NCBI RefSeq assembly: GCF_036321535.1
Contig: NC_087472.1
Coordinates: 102,550,001 to 102,614,000 of the forward strand
DNA: 64,000 nucleotides
From: Camelus dromedarius
Lineage: Eukaryota
Reading direction: 5' to 3'
The notes under the pieces were generated by a model, which was given only the letters and a program-made list of their open reading frames with translations, searched no databases and was not told the origin of the DNA. Within the stretch, counting starts at the first letter, position 1. Every line of letters begins with the position of its first letter. This document shows, piece after piece, positions 62,735-64,000 of the stretch. Made by a program: the position numbers and the translations under genes.

Positions 62735-63545
62735 GGGGAACCCAAATTTCACTATACTGTATATAAAATAGAAGTGTTTAAAGATACTTAAAAAATGTTA
62801 AAATTGGGGCACATAACAAATATAAAATGAACACATGTGAAATCTTATTTATCTCATTAATTACCATGGGAACCAGTAAGATGTTATAACCAGTTCAAAG
62901 GAGAATTAAAAGAATGGACATATAAAGGCAGTCAGTTTAGACATAGATGCAAAACTGGTCAATATACACTAGCAATAATCCAGTCCATTCTACTGAGACA
63001 CAATTCATTTGCATTTCAATGGATGGGGATCATTTACATCATAATCATTTTTCTACGATTCATAGAGTTGTAAAATTGCTCAAAGACATTGAAAGGCACA
63101 AGCCCCTATAGAATCAGATAACCTGGAAGGATGCACCAGTCAGGACACCCAGAAAATAATTTTTGAAAGGGTCCATTTTGAAGTCTTTCACAGGTTTTCT
63201 TGACAGAAGTAAAGAAATGTTCTCTGAGCAGTCTAGTAGGAAGCAGAATGTAGACTGCAGACTGGCCAAGTCTTCTAAATCAGAAGAAAAATGATTTCTT
63301 GTGGCAGTACCGCTTGCTACCCAAGAGATGAATGAAGAGTCATTTGGGATTACGTCTTTTAAGCACAAGAGTACTGATCTCAATTGGGGAAAGAACAATC
63401 GAAGTGAAATGTGATGAAATTTGCACTGGGGAGAGGAATAGGATCAATTTAGCAGACACTTCAGTTACAAAATGTTCAGCTACAGATCAAAACTGTTGAG
63501 GGAAAAAATGTTCATAAAACCTTCTTAATTCAGATTTCCTGATGA
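62735..63545 (-). mobile_element. Possible ancient hAT-like DNA transposon internal remnant
   Basis: ctcattaatt...gggaaccagtaagatgtt...ccagttcaaaggagaatt resembles a recalled repeat. Weak minus-strand likeness to a hAT C-terminus. No TIR seen. Confidence 0.3.
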
Positions 63546-63579
63546 ATTTTGGTGTGAGGTGGGATGGAAATTATTATTT

Positions 63580-63975
63580 TCTTTTTTAACAGCTGTATTG
63601 AGAGATAATTCACATATCACAGAATTCATCTATTTAACGTGTATAATTAATTTTGGGGGGGTTATATTTACAGGATGTGCAACTGTATTTAGTTTTCATT
63701 CCCCCTAAAAGAAATCTGAGACCTATTAATGGTCATTCCACATTCCCCACCCCACTCTGTCCCTCCCAGCACTAAGAAATCACTCATTTACTTTCTGTCT
63801 CTGTAGGTTTGCCTATTCTGGACATTTCATATAAATGGAACCATACAGTATGTGAGGTTTTGTGGTTGAATTATTTCATTAGCACCTCGCATAATGTTTT
63901 CAAGCTTCACCCATCAGTACTTCATTCTTTTTATTGCTGAAAAATAGTCCATTGCAAGAATGTGGTATCATGATT
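63580..63975 (-). mobile_element. Old L1 (L1MB-like) 3' end
   Basis: aacagctgtattgagagataattcacata...ttgcctattctggacatttcatataaatggaaccatacagtatgtg. Confidence 0.85.
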
Positions 63976-64000
63976 TATAATATGAAGTTTATATTTGGTC

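Noticed and set aside
1..64000. CRISPR arrays, operons, rRNA, CpG-island promoter, intact ERV or transposase genes
   Set aside because: None seen. The sequence is CpG-depleted mammalian intronic/intergenic DNA with no regularly spaced repeats or long ORFs.

Overview
This is repeat-rich mammalian genomic DNA, most likely camelid. Three tRNA-headed Vic-1-type SINEs are present and I saw no Alu, B1, Bov-A/tA or PRE-1 elements. I cannot support any protein-coding host gene: the ORF track resolves to L1 ORF1/ORF2 remnants, other repeats or noise. The window holds L1s of several ages, ERV1/ERVL/MaLR solo LTRs, hAT and Tigger DNA transposons, MIR/L2 remnants, and several repeat-poor stretches that may be regulatory. 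Repeat family names come from recalled consensus sequences rather than a search, and boundaries without TSDs are approximate. Highlights: (1) A 3.06-kb chimeric retro-insertion (21817-24875) with a 16-bp TSD sits inside a younger L1. It joins an L1 5'UTR+ORF1 to antisense ORF2 scraps and an ancient L1MC end with poly(A). (2) Its antisense ORF2 piece shows strand-biased T>C changes (A>G on the RNA strand), a possible genomic fossil of ADAR editing. (3) A four-level nest L2>LTR>LTR>LTR retains all three 4-bp TSDs. (4) A pure poly(A) insertion with TSD lies inside a Tigger1. (5) Three strong + strand exon candidates may belong to a non-coding or UTR transcript.
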